Source: Octopus sinensis
Taxonomy: Eukaryota
Assembly: GCF_006345805.1 (NCBI RefSeq)
Contig: NW_021828275.1
Location: 1 to 8,937 of the forward strand
DNA length: 8,937 nucleotides
Reading direction: 5' to 3'
Position 1 is the first letter of the stretch. Each line of letters starts with the position of its first letter. Below the pieces are notes generated by a model that was not told where the DNA came from, ran no database searches, and worked only from the letters and a program-made list of their open reading frames with translations. The translations under genes and the position numbers were made by a program. Shown here piece after piece: positions 7,104 to 8,937 of the stretch.

Positions 7104-7149
7104 GAAGATTTCTTTTGAATGAAACAGTTTAGTCCTGTAGAAGCTCCTT
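7092..7149 (+). ncRNA. Type I hammerhead ribozyme motif (+ strand), predicted cleavage after GUA at 7139
   Basis: Stem I agcttc (7096-7101)/gaagct (7140-7145); core CUGAAGA (7102-7108); stem II t-ttc-tttt-gaa-t (7109-7120, U-U at 10.1/11.1); GAAA (7121-7124); stem III acag/ctgt (7124-7127/7135-7138); cleavage triplet GUA (7137-7139). Confidence 0.75.
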
Positions 7150-7227
7150 CTATATAATAGATTAATTACTCTGCTATGTATTGAGTACCTTATTTACTGT
7201 GGTTAACCCCGACTCAACCCGGGGCCT

Positions 7228-7338
7228 ATATTATATATATTATATATATTATATATATATATATATGTATGTAATATATATATTATATATATTATATTAT
7301 ATATATGTGTATATATATATGTATATATATATTATATA

Positions 7339-7381
<43 letters not shown>

Positions 7382-7387
7382 TATGTG

Positions 7388-7423
<36 letters not shown>

Positions 7424-7426
7424 TAT

Positions 7427-7466
<40 letters not shown>

Positions 7467-7525
7467 TATATAGATATATATATATATATATATATATACT
7501 ATATATGTGTGTATATATATATGTA
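7228..7525. repeat. Long interrupted (TA)n microsatellite
   Basis: Direct inspection; grades into a (TG)-rich tract to ~7572. Confidence 0.97.
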
Positions 7526-7609
7526 ATTGTATGTGCGTATGTGTGTGAACTATTGTCTGTGCACGCGCGTGTGATGTAATTATGTTTGTAGGTATGTTTA
7601 TGATATGCT

Positions 7610-8820
7610 ACATCAAATACCGGCTTCTTATATAAAGGTGAGGTTGTGTGTTTCTCAGCATGCCAGCGGACTTAATGCGGATATATTTACCAATGACCTA
7701 TTTTGCATATCACAATTTTTCGGCTTGAAAATTACCATGCTAATTACTCATAATATTTTAGCTTACTAACTAAATAAATAACAAAATAACTAAGTATTAT
7801 AAATTAATAATTGTGGTTAGTTTGAAGTCAAATTCTAGAAAATATAAAAACTAACTTATATTCATATGGACTCTTGTTTTGATTCTCATCCATTCTTGGT
7901 TTAAAGGAATTTACTCTGTTACATTAGGAGGGAAATTTAAAACAAAGAGTTTCATTATGTAACAGCTTATTAAAATAATTCTTTAGAAATTAGTGGATTA
8001 GTTGAGAAAACTACATATTTTTACAGTCTCTTTGCTTGTAACAATATAATGGCTTTATCTGGTTTTTATGTCCTTATTTCTTGATGTAATATCAAACGTT
8101 CCCGAAAATTTCTTGGAGCTAAAGGAAAAGCAGTTCTTAATTTCTCTCAGCTAAGGAAAATTATTCAACAGGAACTGCTTCAAAGTGAGTTACAGGTGTA
8201 GTCCCAACAGGTAAGATATCGTAACACGCGTTAACTATATTAACTGAGGGAAACAACACATGTAGAAAGAAAAATACGCGCCATCTATGAATCATGCCAC
8301 TTTCAGCAGCACATATTTAAGAGAAAACCTTTTCAAAGCATTAAACAATGCAATATAGGTCCAGCTACACATATATAATTCGAGGTAATTTTTTGAGATA
8401 TTCCGGAAAATTAAGGCATCTTATATGCCATCAAATTCAGTAGCTATTATAAGGTCAGACGATATGCGAGGAGTAACACATGAATCTCATACCTAAAACA
8501 TACCCAACTAACTCAAAAATCGAAAGGATAGATGGGGGAATGTAGTTTTAGATACACTGTCAGTAAAAGAGAAATGAGTGATAAAAACGCGAAAAACAAA
8601 TCATAGGCCGTGTTAATCAGATCAGCAGTGGATTTGACCGCCACAAGCTCTAACAAGAAAACTAAAGTAGAAAAGAAAAAGAAAAAGACCAAAAGACAAT
8701 AAATTTCGACCATTAACACAAAGCCCCTAAAGTCTTGTATCAATAAATATGCAAATTTTTCCCCAAGTTTTCTGCATCTTGCTAAAATTTATAGCCGTTG
8801 GAGATTTTAAAATTGACTTC
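7610..8820 (+). pseudogene. PLE ORF fossil, segment 4 (degenerate RT motif C, thumb, linker and GIY-YIG endonuclease remnants)
   Basis: GFLYKGEVVCF (7622-7654; cf. GLYRDDGLAVF), SGLNADIFTNDLFCISQFFGLKIT (7665-7736), YIHMDSCFDSHP (7857-7892), Y*NNSLEISGLVEKTTY (7968-8018), IWFLCPY (8057-8077; cf. IWFNPPY), LDVISNVPENFLELKEKQF (8080-8136), KLFNRNCFKVSYRCSPN (8158-8208; cf. KIFNRNTxKxSYSCMPN), CRKKNTRHL (8261-8287; cf. CRKKxxCPL), KDRWGN and SFRY (8524-8555; cf. FKxRYxNHxxSFR). The 3' boundary is approximate. Confidence 0.85.
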
Positions 8821-8937
8821 TTCATGTGGCTAACTTTAATAATATTACCAATAAACAAAATACTGGATTATCAGATGAATCCGTTTGTTTTTATGTGGAA
8901 ACAACAATCGGCCCAGAGACGCCAGGAGAACGATCGA

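Larger units (their letters stand above)
7041..7153. repeat. 113-bp spacerless palindrome centred on aag|ctt (7097/7098)
   Basis: The 57-nt left arm and 56-nt right arm are reverse complements except for one substitution and one 1-nt indel. Confidence 0.97.

Noticed and set aside
7181-7579. ORFs 7181-7375, 7305-7526 and 7385-7579
   Set aside because: (TA)n translations.
7624-7660. ttcttatataaaggtgaggttgtgtg as a Helitron 5' end
   Set aside because: No matching hairpin-CTRR end was found; the sequence fits degenerate PLE RT motif C (LYKGE) in its expected position.
8151-8210. Apparent small exon (acceptor tttctctcag; donors gtgagt at 8185 and gtaaga at 8211)
   Set aside because: The 60-bp version has stops in all three frames, and the region is explained by the PLE motif FNRN..KVSY.C.PN in another frame.
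8513-8743. Hydrophobic minus-strand ORF (76 aa)
   Set aside because: Antisense to an A-rich stretch of the PLE fossil; the hydrophobicity is compositional.
8868-8936. SDES...PGER peptide resembling a Tc1 transposase first-Asp motif
   Set aside because: The spacing is off, the conserved tryptophans are absent, and no TIR is seen.
8749-8937. Open frame MQIF...WLTLIILPINKILDYQMNPFVF resembling TM6-TM7 of RXFP/GRL101-type GPCRs
   Set aside because: It needs several gaps, has no upstream TM5-like sequence, and overlaps the probable PLE C-terminus and pLTR. A 7tm_1 HMM search on extended sequence would settle it.

Overview
Repeat-dense, AT-rich eukaryotic DNA with no intact host gene. The tRNA-derived SINE types and long (TA)n/(CTAT)n/(CATA)n tracts suggest an octopus-type (coleoid cephalopod) genome; this is an inference from recalled repeat sequences. 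The backbone from ~3864 to ~8820 is one decayed Penelope-like retroelement (PLE) ORF (RT plus C-terminal GIY-YIG) on the + strand. It is split by later insertions: multimeric SINEs, a SINE with an 11-bp TSD, a complete 386-bp non-autonomous Helitron that sits inside RT motif A, microsatellites and a 113-bp spacerless palindrome. That palindrome (7041-7153) encodes a type I hammerhead ribozyme fold on each strand, and the two share one central self-complementary stem I strand; it is the most interesting object here. The 5' third holds a 160-bp fold-back repeat, nested SINEs and probably a second, more decayed PLE RT fossil. The provided ORFs come from microsatellites, SINEs, the Helitron or PLE fossils. 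SINE labels A-D are my own working names. Protein and repeat-family similarities were judged by eye against remembered consensus motifs, with no database search.
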